This document shows, piece by piece, positions 47,479-58,061 of a stretch of DNA of 64,000 bases. The first letter of the stretch is position 1. Each line of letters starts with the position of its first letter. The DNA is from Dehalococcoidia bacterium (GTDB lineage: Bacteria; Chloroflexota; Dehalococcoidia; Lucifugimonadales; JAGWBF01). Where the stretch lies: assembly GCA_965247295.1 (NCBI GenBank), contig CBDFGQ010000006.1, forward strand, positions 235,868 through 299,867. Direction: 5' to 3'. The position numbers were made by a program, and so were the translations under genes. The notes below the pieces were generated by a model. The model ran no database searches. It was not told where the DNA came from and worked only from the letters and a program-made list of their open reading frames with translations.

Positions 47479-48352
47479 GCACCTTGACACCCGGCGTCTT
47501 GACCCGGACGCTGTAAAGGGATGTGCAGGCCGTGAGGAACAGGGTCCGGTTATCTGATCCGCCGAAGGCCAGGTTGGCCGGTAGCTCGGGCGTACGAATG
47601 GTGCCTAGATGCCGCCCGTCTTTGTCGTATATGCACGTACCCCCGTTGCCAGTGCAGAGGACCCGCCCCTCCATGTCTACTTTCATGCCATCTGGCACGC
47701 CAGGTTCCGAGGACATCTCCGCGAATACTCGGTTGTTACTCAAGGAGCCATCGGGGGCCACGTCGAAGGCCCGGATGCGCCGATGGGTGCACGTCTCCTC
47801 CTCCAGGCACCTCTCGTCCAGGCGGCTGATTGCCACGTATAGAATGGACTCGTCGGGGGAGAACGCCAGTCCGTTTGGATACTCGCACTCGTCAGTCGCC
47901 AGATGGACCTCACCATCGGGATCGATGCGGAAGACTCCAGCAAACCCCAGCTCCCTCTCCTCGGGAGGGACCCGGCCTGCGGGGTCGGTGAAGTAGATGC
48001 TGCCGTCGGACCGTCCGACCACGTCGTTGGGCCTGTTAAATCGTTTACCACGCCACCTGTCGGCCAGGACCGTTGACGTCTTGTCGGACTCCCAGCGGAT
48101 CATACGGCGTTGCCCGGCCTGACACATTATCAGACGGCCCTGAAGGTCCAAGGTAAGGCCGTTTCCTTCGTCGGTGTTCTCCCACGCCACATCCACCTGC
48201 TGGCCGGGGACCCAGCGGAGGAGCTGGCTCCGGCGGATGTCCACGAAGTACAGAAAGCCTGGAGGATGCCATAGAGGCCCCTCGGTGAAGACGAACCCTG
48301 TAGCTACGCGCTCGGGCTGCCCATCCAAAATGCTGGACAAGTCATCTGCCAT
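47459..48352 (-). CDS. SMP-30/gluconolactonase family protein
   Basis: FTEGP, NRPND, PNGLAFSPD, PDGMKVD. Confidence 0.92.
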   Translation of the reverse strand: MADDLSSILDGQPERVATGFVFTEGPLWHPPGFLYFVDIRRSQLLRWVPGQQVDVAWENTDEGNGLTLDLQGRLIMCQAGQRRMIRWESDKTSTVLADRWRGKRFNRPNDVVGRSDGSIYFTDPAGRVPPEERELGFAGVFRIDPDGEVHLATDECEYPNGLAFSPDESILYVAISRLDERCLEEETCTHRRIRAFDVAPDGSLSNNRVFAEMSSEPGVPDGMKVDMEGRVLCTGNGGTCIYDKDGRHLGTIRTPELPANLAFGGSDNRTLFLTACTSLYSVRVKTPGVKVPTGTHR

Positions 48353-48684
48353 GGCTATGCCTCCAGGAAACTCGATTTCGGGCCCGCGCCGGAGGATGGG
48401 CTGGCTGGCGATGGACCGACCCCATATCCTCCATCGCGGGGAGATGCAACGAGGGGGCCATTGTACTACACGCCCGGCGCAAAATCCATGGCCACCGGGC
48501 AGCAGGCGTGCGCCCCCGGAATGCGGACTGATATAATTGTCCTGTGGCGCGGGGCCAGCCTTCTACGGTATGGAGCCTGGGGATAGGTCGGCCCCCTATC
48601 CCGTTGGCTCCCGCGTCTGCGGCGGGTTCAGAATTACATCCGGGTCAGTCTTCCTGGCAGAGTACCCGCATATAGGGTTAGCTT

Positions 48685-49080
48685 ATGAAGGGGAAGGAGC
48701 GACACCTCGTGAACGATGCGGTATGCAAGGCCCTTGAGGCAGACCTGGTAATTGACATCACCACCACGGGTCGGAAGACGGGCAGGCCGCGCCGCAAAGA
48801 GATCTGGTTCCACAACATGGACGGCGTGCTGTACATTACCGGCTCTCCTGGACGCCGTGACTGGTACGCCAACCTGCAGGCCAATCCCGAATTCACTTTC
48901 CACCTGAAGCGGACTACCCAGGCAGACCTGGCCGCTCGGGCCACCCCCATACGGGACGAGGGCCAACGTAGGGAGATCTTTCGAAAAATCCAGGACCGGT
49001 ATCCCGGTCGGCGGGACGTAGATGTGGAGGATCGAGTGCAGGGCAGTCCCCTGGTACGGGTGGAGCTCCTGAAGCAATAG
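48685..49080 (+). CDS. Deazaflavin-dependent nitroreductase (DDN)-like protein
   Basis: TTTGRKTGRPR...DWYANLQANP. Confidence 0.8.
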   Translation: MKGKERHLVNDAVCKALEADLVIDITTTGRKTGRPRRKEIWFHNMDGVLYITGSPGRRDWYANLQANPEFTFHLKRTTQADLAARATPIRDEGQRREIFRKIQDRYPGRRDVDVEDRVQGSPLVRVELLKQ

Positions 49081-49202
49081 GGGCTGCCGAACACCCGGTG
49101 CAGCCGGGACTGTTCCAGCCTTGACCCCACACGGGGGCGTTAGTACAATACCATCGTCTAGCTGGCAGGTGAAGGTGACCATTCCGATATAGGAGGCCCG
49201 AT

Positions 49203-49646
49203 ATGGCAAGCCGTACCGAGCGGAGCACTTCAGTCGCGACTCAGCCCCTGGTGAAGATCACGGAGATGGACCACATAGTCCTGAGGGTCCAGGACGTGGA
49301 CATATCCCTACGATTCTACTCAGAGTTGCTGGGCCTAGCGACCGAACGGGTGGACCTGTGGAGAGCGGGAGAGGTGCGCTTCCCGTCAGTCAGGCTCAAC
49401 GACGATACCATCATAGACTTCTTCGGCACTGACCAGCAGCTGATTTCCAAAGATGCTCCACGGAACCAGGACCACTTCTGCATGGTGATCGAGCCCCAGG
49501 ACATGGATCAGCTGAAGGCCGGGTTTGAGTCCATGGGCGTGGAGATTCAGGCGGGGCCGGGGAAGCGCTGGGGCTCCCACGGAGACGGCATCTCTCTGTA
49601 CATCTACGACCCCGATAACAACGTGGTCGAGCTCCGCCACTACTGA
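49203..49646 (+). CDS. VOC/glyoxalase family protein
   Basis: DHIVLRV, DHFC, YDPDNNVVEL. Confidence 0.88.
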   Translation: MASRTERSTSVATQPLVKITEMDHIVLRVQDVDISLRFYSELLGLATERVDLWRAGEVRFPSVRLNDDTIIDFFGTDQQLISKDAPRNQDHFCMVIEPQDMDQLKAGFESMGVEIQAGPGKRWGSHGDGISLYIYDPDNNVVELRHY

Positions 49647-49743
49647 TTAGCAGGACTAGAAGGCTTTGCGGCCCCAGCGTCCGGGTATTGGGAACTCCAT
49701 CGGGTTTATAGACCACCCTGTCCGTCCGGTGCTGGGTACCGGG

Positions 49744-49953
49744 GTGCCAAGGATGCTGGCCGCCGACAGCGGGGTCCTGGAGGACATCCCGGGCCGCGTG
49801 GCCGACCTGGACTGAGAGGGGATCGACCTCTACGTGCGGTATCCGACCACTGTTCTCGTAATTCCCTTGGTCACCGACAAAGACTACGCCGCCATGTGCC
49901 GCGCCTACCGCAACTACGCGGCCGAACACATCAAGGGCTGCGGCCGGCTGGAC
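49744..49953 (+). pseudogene. Amidohydrolase-2-like fragment
   Basis: GRVADLD*EGIDLYVRYPT...AAMCRAYRNYAAE with internal stop and no start. Confidence 0.5.
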
Positions 49954-50009
49954 AGGAGGGGGAGGCACGGCGGAGGGGGCGCCTATGGCTGGGGAAGAGG
50001 TGTGGCAGC

Positions 50010-50455
50010 TTAAGGCGCTTCCGCCCTTTGCCTCTGCATCTCTCTAAGCTGCTCTTCAAGCTCCGCCACCTTCGAATGGTCGACCACCACCTGCTCTTTG
50101 GTGATGATCCGCTCAGTGGTGCCGGAGCCCGACATGTCCATGCGTTCGTTTAACGGGGAGTCCTCCCTCATAATAAAGGCACGAAGGTCCACTAGCAGGC
50201 TGCGGAAAAAGGGCAAGGCGTACAGACGTGGTGGGTGGAGCGTCAAGTAGTCCAACGATATCCGTCATATCATAGTTTGTTTAGAGCTATTGGTGCAGGA
50301 AGCGCAATGTGGCGTCGCTTATCGTCGACCCGCTTTGAGTCCTGAGTAGACCTCAGAGTTTTTCAGCAGCCTGCTAGGGTGCGCTTCAGTTCCTGCTTCA
50401 ACAGTTTCAGCTCTTCTTCTATGATATCGAGCCTGGGGTTATCCGAGGTCGTCAC
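50010..50455 (-). pseudogene. Hypothetical coiled-coil gene interrupted by a MITE
   Basis: Removing 50196-50373 plus one CTAG joins MTTSDNPRLDIIEEELKLLKQELKRT-LVDLRAFIMREDSPLNER in frame. Confidence 0.75.
50196..50373. mobile_element. 178-bp MITE with IS5-type ends
   Basis: CTAG-CAGGCTGCGGAAAAA...TTTTTCAGCAGCCTG-CTAG; same TIR core as the IS5 at 14889. Confidence 0.85.
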
Positions 50456-50638
50456 TTTTTAACCTCAATCCTTTTGCGTTTATGAAATCATCACACAGTT
50501 AGCTATGGGTGTCAACATACACAGCTTACCCCCACATCTCTACGGAAGTTTCATTAATTTTTGAATCCTGTCAGCCACCGTTCGGTTCAGGATGATAGTT
50601 ACGCCCCGTGTCGTATGTAACGGGTGGAATACATCCGT

Positions 50639-51721
50639 CTAGGGGCGCTGGCCGGGAGCCCGTACCGGGGCCTCGCGGAAGTGGGGCATTACCTGGGTGG
50701 CGAACATCTCGATGGAGCGCAGCACCTTCCACTGGGGCAGGCCGGGGAACCCAAAGGAGCCAAAGATGTGGTTGATGCCCCGCTCCTGGCACAGCTTCAG
50801 CCGCTCTATGACCACCTCGGGGGGGCCCCTTAGCGGCGGCATGCCGGCGTGGCCCGGGTCGAGGGTCCGCTCCCGGTCCTTCTGGCGGCTGACCCAGACT
50901 TCGTAGCCCGGGGGGACCTTGCCGTCCTTGCCGATGGGCGAGCCGATCTTGGCCAGGATCTTCAGGGAGAAGTCCTCCAGACCGATGGGGTCCCTCTCGG
51001 CCTCCTCCATGGTGGGGGCCACGTAAATGGACTTGGACACGGGAGGGTCCAGGTGCGCATGGGGGTGGCCGTGCTGGTCCATCTTCTCGCGCCACAGCTT
51101 GAGCACCTGGGGCGCCTGGCCCATGATGTCCGTGGGGCCTCCCACGATGACCTGAATGTTGTGGCTGGCGGCATACTCCACGCTGGCCGGGCTTGTGCTG
51201 ACTGCGATGAAAAGGGGCGGGTGCGGCGCCTGCAAGGGCTTGGGAATCACCAACAGGTCGTCCACGTTGGTGTACTTGCCATGGAAGGTGAGGGACTCCT
51301 CGGTCCACGCCCGCGTGATGACGTCCAGGGATTCCTGGAACCGCTCACGGCTCTCGTCAATGTTGACGCCCAGCCCCTCGAACTCCTGACGCTGGTACCC
51401 GCTGCCAAAGCCGAAGTCCATTCGGCCGTCGCTGAGGATGTCCAGCATGGCAGTCTCTTCGGCCACAACGATGGGGTTGTGGAAGGGCAGCACGATCACC
51501 GCGGTGCCTATGCGGACCCGTTTGGTCCGCGCGGCCACGTGTCCCACGAAGGAGAATATGCCCGAAAGCAGGCCGTGGCGAGAGAAACGGTGCTCCCCCA
51601 GCCACACCTCTTCGATGCCCAGCTGGTCGGCCAGCTCGATCTGTTCCAGGGCCTCGCGTAATGCCTCCGCCTGGGTGCGGCTCTCGTGCCACTGGACGAT
51701 GGTGAACAGACCGAACTTCAT
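50639..51721 (-). CDS. LLM-class flavin-dependent oxidoreductase
   Basis: WLGEH, IGTAV..LPFHNP..VAEE.A.LD.LSDGR, PKPLQ.PHPP. Confidence 0.93.
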   Translation of the reverse strand: MKFGLFTIVQWHESRTQAEALREALEQIELADQLGIEEVWLGEHRFSRHGLLSGIFSFVGHVAARTKRVRIGTAVIVLPFHNPIVVAEETAMLDILSDGRMDFGFGSGYQRQEFEGLGVNIDESRERFQESLDVITRAWTEESLTFHGKYTNVDDLLVIPKPLQAPHPPLFIAVSTSPASVEYAASHNIQVIVGGPTDIMGQAPQVLKLWREKMDQHGHPHAHLDPPVSKSIYVAPTMEEAERDPIGLEDFSLKILAKIGSPIGKDGKVPPGYEVWVSRQKDRERTLDPGHAGMPPLRGPPEVVIERLKLCQERGINHIFGSFGFPGLPQWKVLRSIEMFATQVMPHFREAPVRAPGQRP

Positions 51722-51792
51722 GGTGCACCTCCTTGGCTGGGGCCATTATATTATCGACACGTGGGCGGGTCAACGAAGCTGCCACCACCCGC

Positions 51793-54255
51793 CTAGCGGG
51801 AGGTCTTCACCCACAGTTTGACGCCGTCGGTGATGAACTCGATGTCGCCCCTCTCCGAGGTAAGGTAGGTCCTTCCCTCTCCCAGGGTATCATCGAGTCT
51901 CCCGGTCACGTCGGAGTGGGGATGGCCATAAGGGTTGCCAGCGCCCACGGAGATGACCGCCACCGCGGGACTCACCTCCGAGAGGAACCTTGAGGTCGTC
52001 GAGGACCTGCTGCCGTGGTGCGGCACCTTGAGCACGGTGCTTCGCAGGGGAATGCGCCGGCGGAGGAGCCGCCGCTCGGCCTCGGCCTCGATGTCCGCCG
52101 TCAACAGGAACCCGACCTCCCCGTGTACCAGGCGGACCACCACGCCGTTGTTGTTACTGTCGGACGGGGTACCCCTGATGAGGGATGAGGTCGGGTTCAG
52201 TACCTCCAACCAGGTGGAGCCATCCAGAGCCACCGTCTGTCCCTGGAGGGCGGTTACCCGTGCAGGGGCCGCATTGTCCAGCGACCTCTGCCACTCAAGG
52301 TACAGCGGGTTCTCGGAAGACATGCCACTCACCAGAACGGTATCTACCTCATACCGGTCCAGCACCTCCACGAGTCCTCGAAAGTGGTCCTCGTCCGGGT
52401 GAGTAAGCACCACCATGTCTATCTCCCTATCCCAGAAAGATATTTTGGCGCCCAGTGCCCGCGCCGCGCCCACCGTTCCCGGACCTCCATCCACCAGCAC
52501 CTGCCTGCCCTCCGGTGTAACGATGAGGACGCTGTCCCCCTGCCCCACGTCCAGGAAATGGACGTGAAGCTTCCCGTCGGGACCGGTCAGGGCGAAGTAC
52601 CACAGGATCACCGCGAGGACCGCCAACCCGATAATGCCGGCGAAGTATACTCCCACAGGGAATGGGCGCCTGCCCGTCACGCCAGGCTCGGCCCCAGCCC
52701 GTGCCTCCCAGCTACTCGGAAGGCGCCGCACCGCCGACCAGAGGCGGCTCACACCTCCCGGCGACAGGAGGAGCAGGGCCAGGGCGCCGTAGTAGACCCA
52801 TACGAACAGGCCGCTGAAGGCCGGTACTGAGAAGGTGCTTCCCGGCACCTTGGAAAAGAGGCGTACCAGCGAGATGACGTACTCCAGCGGGACCCAGGCC
52901 ACCCAGCCAAGCAGCTGGCCCGGCAGAGGGTTGATCAGGGCCACCAGGGCGGCCAGAGCGGAGGTCACCAGGAGAGGGGGCAGCGCCGGCAGGGCCAGGA
53001 CCGTGGCGAGGATCCCGAGGGTGGGGATGCGCTGAAAGTTAAAGGCAACCAGCGGCAGGGTGGCAACCGTGGCCGCCACCGAAACCAGCAACGCAAAGGT
53101 CACGGCTCGTAGCGGGACCCGCCACCACCCTCCTTCTGCGATGGAAATGCCCGAAAGGGAATCCCACAGTTGGAAGCGGGAAGCACCCAGGAGCCCTATC
53201 CCGGCCACCGCCGCGAAACTGAGCTGGAAGGATACTTGCGTGAGGACCTGGGGCTCCACGCCTGCCATCACCCCTGCGGCCACGGCCAGCGCAATCACGA
53301 CACTCCTGGGCCTGCCGAGAAGAAGGGCAGCAAGGTAGAGGGTACCCATTATCGCCGCCCGTTCGACCGAGGGGGATAGCCCGCTTACGAGAGCATAAAG
53401 CCACACGGAGGCCAGGGGCAGGAGCAGGTATAGCTGCCAACGCCGTCCCAATAGCCACGCTCCCATGCCGAGGGCGAGGGCAAGGAGGATTCCAACGTGG
53501 AGCCCCGATATGGCCAGCAGATGAGACGTGCCCGTCGACCGGAAGTCCTCGGTGACGTCCTTGGGCAACGCGGCCGGCTGCCCAAGGAGCAAGGCCTGGG
53601 CCAGGGCGGCCTGGGGTTCGGGGAGGGCCCGCTCAATGCCCTGGGACAGCTTGCGTCGCACATCATATATTTGGGCCAGCGCCCAGCTGCCACCGCCATC
53701 GTCTGTAAACCGCACCTCGTGGGGAAAGGCCATGGTCGAGTGAATACCCTGGCTCGCCAGGTAGGCCCCGTAGTCGAAATCGCCCAGGTGGGCCGGGGCC
53801 TCCAGCCCTCCCTTGATTTCCAGCCTGTCGCCGTAGCGGAAGTAGGGCTCTTCCCGGACCTGGACCAGCTCTAGAGGAGGCCTGGCATAGACCAGGACCT
53901 TACCCGTCTCATCCTCCCAACCCATGCCCCTGTCTACGGCGTCAACCGAGACGACGAACTCCACGCCGGGACCGGAGACCTCGGGATCGCTGACTATGAG
54001 GCCCGCGACCTCAATCGGCTGAGGGGTATCGGATGGCATGAGAGGGGTGGTCTCGTAGGCCTCAACCCTGAGGATGCCCATGAGCATGATCAGCGCCAGG
54101 AGGGGTGGCCAGAGAGACCAACGCCTGGTCCAGAACAGACACCCGAGGATGGCGGCGGCCAGGGAAAGCAGGGCGACCGCGGGAAGGTACGCGTTCGCTT
54201 CCAACCCGACGAGGACGCCGGCCACCCAAGCGGCGACCAGGACTGCCAGCTTCAT
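51793..54255 (-). CDS. comEC: DNA uptake competence protein ComEC/Rec2
   Basis: HLLAISGLH, SFQLSF, DVGQGD, THPDEDH, KVPHHGS, NPYGHP. Confidence 0.95.
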   Translation of the reverse strand: MKLAVLVAAWVAGVLVGLEANAYLPAVALLSLAAAILGCLFWTRRWSLWPPLLALIMLMGILRVEAYETTPLMPSDTPQPIEVAGLIVSDPEVSGPGVEFVVSVDAVDRGMGWEDETGKVLVYARPPLELVQVREEPYFRYGDRLEIKGGLEAPAHLGDFDYGAYLASQGIHSTMAFPHEVRFTDDGGGSWALAQIYDVRRKLSQGIERALPEPQAALAQALLLGQPAALPKDVTEDFRSTGTSHLLAISGLHVGILLALALGMGAWLLGRRWQLYLLLPLASVWLYALVSGLSPSVERAAIMGTLYLAALLLGRPRSVVIALAVAAGVMAGVEPQVLTQVSFQLSFAAVAGIGLLGASRFQLWDSLSGISIAEGGWWRVPLRAVTFALLVSVAATVATLPLVAFNFQRIPTLGILATVLALPALPPLLVTSALAALVALINPLPGQLLGWVAWVPLEYVISLVRLFSKVPGSTFSVPAFSGLFVWVYYGALALLLLSPGGVSRLWSAVRRLPSSWEARAGAEPGVTGRRPFPVGVYFAGIIGLAVLAVILWYFALTGPDGKLHVHFLDVGQGDSVLIVTPEGRQVLVDGGPGTVGAARALGAKISFWDREIDMVVLTHPDEDHFRGLVEVLDRYEVDTVLVSGMSSENPLYLEWQRSLDNAAPARVTALQGQTVALDGSTWLEVLNPTSSLIRGTPSDSNNNGVVVRLVHGEVGFLLTADIEAEAERRLLRRRIPLRSTVLKVPHHGSRSSTTSRFLSEVSPAVAVISVGAGNPYGHPHSDVTGRLDDTLGEGRTYLTSERGDIEFITDGVKLWVKTSR

Positions 54256-54370
54256 GGGGACGCTCCTCACTCGGTACAGGTGCCGGGGAATACCATCTGG
54301 GCCTTTGTCACGCCTTGTGCCTAATATTAACCCTATGCCCAGGTTTTTTGACAGGAGGACCAACGGTGGA

Positions 54371-54531
54371 TGTCATTCTGGACCCGCCAAAGGCGGGTGA
54401 AGAATCTGGCGGGGCTCAGGACCCCAGTGGGGAACCCCATCCCTTCCAGACCCTTCGCGGAGTTTATCCTGAGCGAGACGTAGATTCTTCACTTCGTTCA
54501 GAATGACAAAAACGAAGGGCTCAGGGTGACA
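54371..54531. repeat. REP-like palindromic element (nested)
   Basis: TGTCATTCTG...GAAGAATCT...CCAGACCCTTCG...AGATTCTTCACTTCGTTCAGAATGACA...GCTCAGGGTGACA. Confidence 0.7.
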
Positions 54532-54614
54532 TGGAAAACTTCGCCATGTGGCCTATATTAACCCAAATGGTCCGGCCACGGGTCGGCCCTCGATCACGGT
54601 AAAATCCATTCCGG

Positions 54615-54643
54615 TTGACGGCATCACACCCTCGCTATATATT
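54615..54643 (+). promoter_or_regulatory. Sigma70-type promoter
   Basis: TTGACG-17 bp-TATATT. Confidence 0.5.
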
Positions 54644-54677
54644 GGCCTCAGTCTTTTTCTAGGGAAGTGAGGCAGAT

Positions 54678-55556
54678 ATGGTGACGGTAGGTACGGGCAA
54701 ACACACCTACGAGCTGCTGAATGGATGGGAGCGGCTGCCAGAAGGGTGGGTCCTGGGACAGACGGGCGTGGTTACCGACTCCCAGGACAGGGTGTACCTG
54801 TTCAACCGGAGCGACCATCCCCTGATCGTCCTGGACCGGGAGGGCAACTACCTGGCCTCATGGGGTGAGGGCGTGCTGACGGCCGCCCACGGCATGTTCA
54901 TCGACGGCGAAGAAAACCTCTACCTCCCCGTCATTAACTCTCACGTGGTGCTCAAGTACAGTTCCAAGGGAAATCTGTTGATGACCCTGGGCACCTGGGA
55001 CCAACCCTCGGATACGGGCTGGTCGGGTAATTTCCGGGATACCGTTGCACGAGCGGCGGGGCCGTTCCACAGGCCAAGCGACGTAGCTATCTCGCCGGCT
55101 GGAGATATATACGTCTCCGATGGCTATGGCAACGCCCGGGTCCACGTGTTCAGCCCCGACGGCAGGCTGCAACACTCCTGGGGCGAACCCGGGAAAGTGG
55201 CCTCTGGAGAGTTCCACGTGCCCCACGGCGTCTGGGTGCATACCGATGGCAGGGTCCTGGTGGCCGACCGGGAGAACAACCGCATCCAGATATTCAGCCC
55301 GGAGGGGGAGTTCCTAACTCAGTGGAGCGATTTTGCCCAACCCTGCGACATATTCATAGATACCGATGAGACCGTATATGTGGCCGAGCTGAGCGCCTTC
55401 ATGAGCATCCTGAGCATCGATGGTAAGCTCCTCGCCCGCTGGTCCGGTCCGACAGAGGCCGGAGCCCACGCCGTCTGGGTGGACTCCCACGGCGACCTGT
55501 ACGTAAACCAAAACCTGGAAGGCCAGAGGCTCCTGAAGTACAGGCGGCGCTCCTGA
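54678..55556 (+). CDS. NHL-repeat protein (PAL-like beta-propeller)
   Basis: DSQDRVY, YVSDGYGNARV, VADRENNRIQIF. Confidence 0.9.
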   Translation: MVTVGTGKHTYELLNGWERLPEGWVLGQTGVVTDSQDRVYLFNRSDHPLIVLDREGNYLASWGEGVLTAAHGMFIDGEENLYLPVINSHVVLKYSSKGNLLMTLGTWDQPSDTGWSGNFRDTVARAAGPFHRPSDVAISPAGDIYVSDGYGNARVHVFSPDGRLQHSWGEPGKVASGEFHVPHGVWVHTDGRVLVADRENNRIQIFSPEGEFLTQWSDFAQPCDIFIDTDETVYVAELSAFMSILSIDGKLLARWSGPTEAGAHAVWVDSHGDLYVNQNLEGQRLLKYRRRS

Positions 55557-55601
55557 CCAGCGGTCCACAACCCCGTTGATCGAGCGAGGGAGACCCGGGT
55601 A

Positions 55602-57956
55602 ATGGTTCTAAAGGCAGGCGACATCTCTATTCTCCGCCGAGGTGACAGGCTCAGCATCGACTATGCCGGTAAGGAGCTCGTTGAGGATGTGGGGATGGGC
55701 CTGCCTATCAACGGGAACTGGATGTGGACCTTCGACCGCTCCCTGAAACCCGTCCATGACTCGGAAGGAGAGGGACGGGACCGGCTGGGGAAATACCGGT
55801 ATCTGGCAAGGTCATTTGCCGGGCGCGGACTCAGCGGTGAAGACGTGCCCCTCTTGCGGCAGGAGCTAAGGGTATACGACCCTTCTGAAGGTCCCGGGCG
55901 AATCCTGTTAGAGACCAGGGTCCTTGAGGACATAAGGGGCACCTACGTCGAGGACAGCTTCTTCAACACCACCCTCAACTCCCCGGTGCTCCTCTTACAA
56001 GAGGACCTAAACTTCCTGGCCTACACGTGGGGGCTGATGGGCGCGGAGCGCTCGTGCGACGGGGGACACTTCCCGGAGGCGATCACGGGCAATGGAGTGT
56101 CCAGCATACCTTCAAGGCTGCTCCTTGCCGGGTATTCCCCCACGGAGGACCTGAACACCAGCTCGGACAAGCCCTTCGCCCCCCTAGTCCTCTACGACGA
56201 TGATGGCATTACGCTGGTCGTCTCCCCTCTCAACCTGTTCCTGATCAGCCCCCTGAGGATGGTCCGGACCCCTTCAGGGATGGGGGTCGCCAGGGGCATC
56301 CACGGCTCCGTGGACACCCTTCCGAGAGGCACCACAACCCTGACCGCCCTTGTCTTCGGGCAGGGGGTTGCCGAAACGATGATGAGGTGGGGCGACTGGC
56401 TGCTCGAAGCTGGGGGCAAAGAGAGGGCCCTTCCCCAAGACAGCCCGCTCCTTGAGGGCATCGGCTACTGGAATTGCTTTGGGGGATATTACACAGAGCT
56501 CTTCCGACAGGTAGATGAGGGGGTCCTGACAGACCTGGCCGCCTACTTCCACAAGGAACGGATTCCCATTCGATACTTCGGTCTGGACCTGTGGTACGAT
56601 TACGGCCAGGTGGGCTTCGCGAAAAACTACTCCCCAGACGCGCAAAAGTACCCCCGGGGACTTCAGTCCGTTTACCGAGAGACGGGCCTGCCCTACCTTC
56701 TCCACATGTCCGCCTTCGAGTCCCCCAACGACTACATTGGCACGTACGAGTTCGCGGTGGACCGGGGGGCATCGTACCCCATGGGGCAGAAGTTCTACGA
56801 GGACCAGGCCGGAACCTTCAAGCGTTGGGGCGCCTACGGCGTATGGCCCGATTTCCTGCGGACCAACCTACAAAACGCCATGTCCCTGCGGAACAGGATG
56901 GGGGCCGCCGACCGCTGGTTCGATGATTTGTGCGGCGCCTTCGGGGAGCAGGACATGTCCATGATGATGTGCATGCCCACCATAGGCCACTACCTGGCCT
57001 CAACCAGCCACCAAAACGTAATCGCCGTTAGGACCCATACCGACTACCTGAACCACCAGGTGAATCAGATGGAGGCGCTAAGGGTCAAAGGACAGTCCAG
57101 GTTCTCCCTGTCTCTCCAGCGGAGCATCAGGCAAAATGTGCTGCTGTCCTTCCTAGCCCACGCCCTGGGCCTGCGCCCTTCTTACGACGTCTTCTTGACC
57201 AACGCGGACCATCCCGAGGGCTACGCGGAGCCTAACGCCGAGTACGAGGCGCTGCTCAGGGCCATGAGCGCAGGCGTGATAGCCGTTGGCGACAAGGTGG
57301 GGCACATCGACCGTAGGGTCGTAGAAAAGCTATGCTTTCCCGACGGCAGGACCTCCGGGCCCGATCATCCTCCCCACCCGGTGATACGCACACTCCAGTC
57401 GGACGTGCTGGCCTTTTACACGACAACCACCGTTGGAGAAACGAGCTGGATATACCTGGCGGCGTTCAACGTTGGCGACGTAACGGCCCACTACGAGCTG
57501 GATGCCCACGACTTGTGCGATAGCGGGGAAATCGCGGTATACGACTACTTTGCCCGGCGGGTGCTGGGGACCACCATGGTGGAGGGGGACCTGGAGCCCG
57601 CCCAGGGGCATTACTACGTTATCGTACCCTCGGTTGAGGGGCTGCACTTCCTTGGCTTCCCGGAAAAGTACATTACCGTTTCCAACCGCCAGGTCTCGTC
57701 TGTGGGGTCCGGGGGCGGCGTAGTCACCGTAAACTTTCGCCTACCCCCTTCGTCACGGGTCGGGAGGCCGGCCGCAGAGGGCTCGTACACAGTTGCCGCT
57801 TACCTACCTCCCGAGTTCGGCGGACCTGGCGGGCTGGATGTCGAAGCCAGTGGCGCCAAGGTCAGGAGGGTCTATGCGGAGGGTGACATGGTGTATGTCG
57901 AGTTCGTCACGAGTTCCGATGAGCCCTCCCTTCGACTACGGCCCATTCACCGCTGA
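55602..57956 (+). CDS. Uncharacterised glycoside-hydrolase-like protein
   Basis: 784-aa ORF; GYWN..GGYY, IRYFGLDLWY, MMMCM, MSAGVIAVGD. Confidence 0.5.
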   Translation: MVLKAGDISILRRGDRLSIDYAGKELVEDVGMGLPINGNWMWTFDRSLKPVHDSEGEGRDRLGKYRYLARSFAGRGLSGEDVPLLRQELRVYDPSEGPGRILLETRVLEDIRGTYVEDSFFNTTLNSPVLLLQEDLNFLAYTWGLMGAERSCDGGHFPEAITGNGVSSIPSRLLLAGYSPTEDLNTSSDKPFAPLVLYDDDGITLVVSPLNLFLISPLRMVRTPSGMGVARGIHGSVDTLPRGTTTLTALVFGQGVAETMMRWGDWLLEAGGKERALPQDSPLLEGIGYWNCFGGYYTELFRQVDEGVLTDLAAYFHKERIPIRYFGLDLWYDYGQVGFAKNYSPDAQKYPRGLQSVYRETGLPYLLHMSAFESPNDYIGTYEFAVDRGASYPMGQKFYEDQAGTFKRWGAYGVWPDFLRTNLQNAMSLRNRMGAADRWFDDLCGAFGEQDMSMMMCMPTIGHYLASTSHQNVIAVRTHTDYLNHQVNQMEALRVKGQSRFSLSLQRSIRQNVLLSFLAHALGLRPSYDVFLTNADHPEGYAEPNAEYEALLRAMSAGVIAVGDKVGHIDRRVVEKLCFPDGRTSGPDHPPHPVIRTLQSDVLAFYTTTTVGETSWIYLAAFNVGDVTAHYELDAHDLCDSGEIAVYDYFARRVLGTTMVEGDLEPAQGHYYVIVPSVEGLHFLGFPEKYITVSNRQVSSVGSGGGVVTVNFRLPPSSRVGRPAAEGSYTVAAYLPPEFGGPGGLDVEASGAKVRRVYAEGDMVYVEFVTSSDEPSLRLRPIHR

Positions 57957-58061
57957 CAGCTTTACCCATCCGACGGCAGCGAACTGCAAAGGCAGGCAGC
58001 CCGGTCCTTTCGCCACGCGGGCTGCCGACGCGAACAATAATCGAAATCCGAGGGAGCTAGA

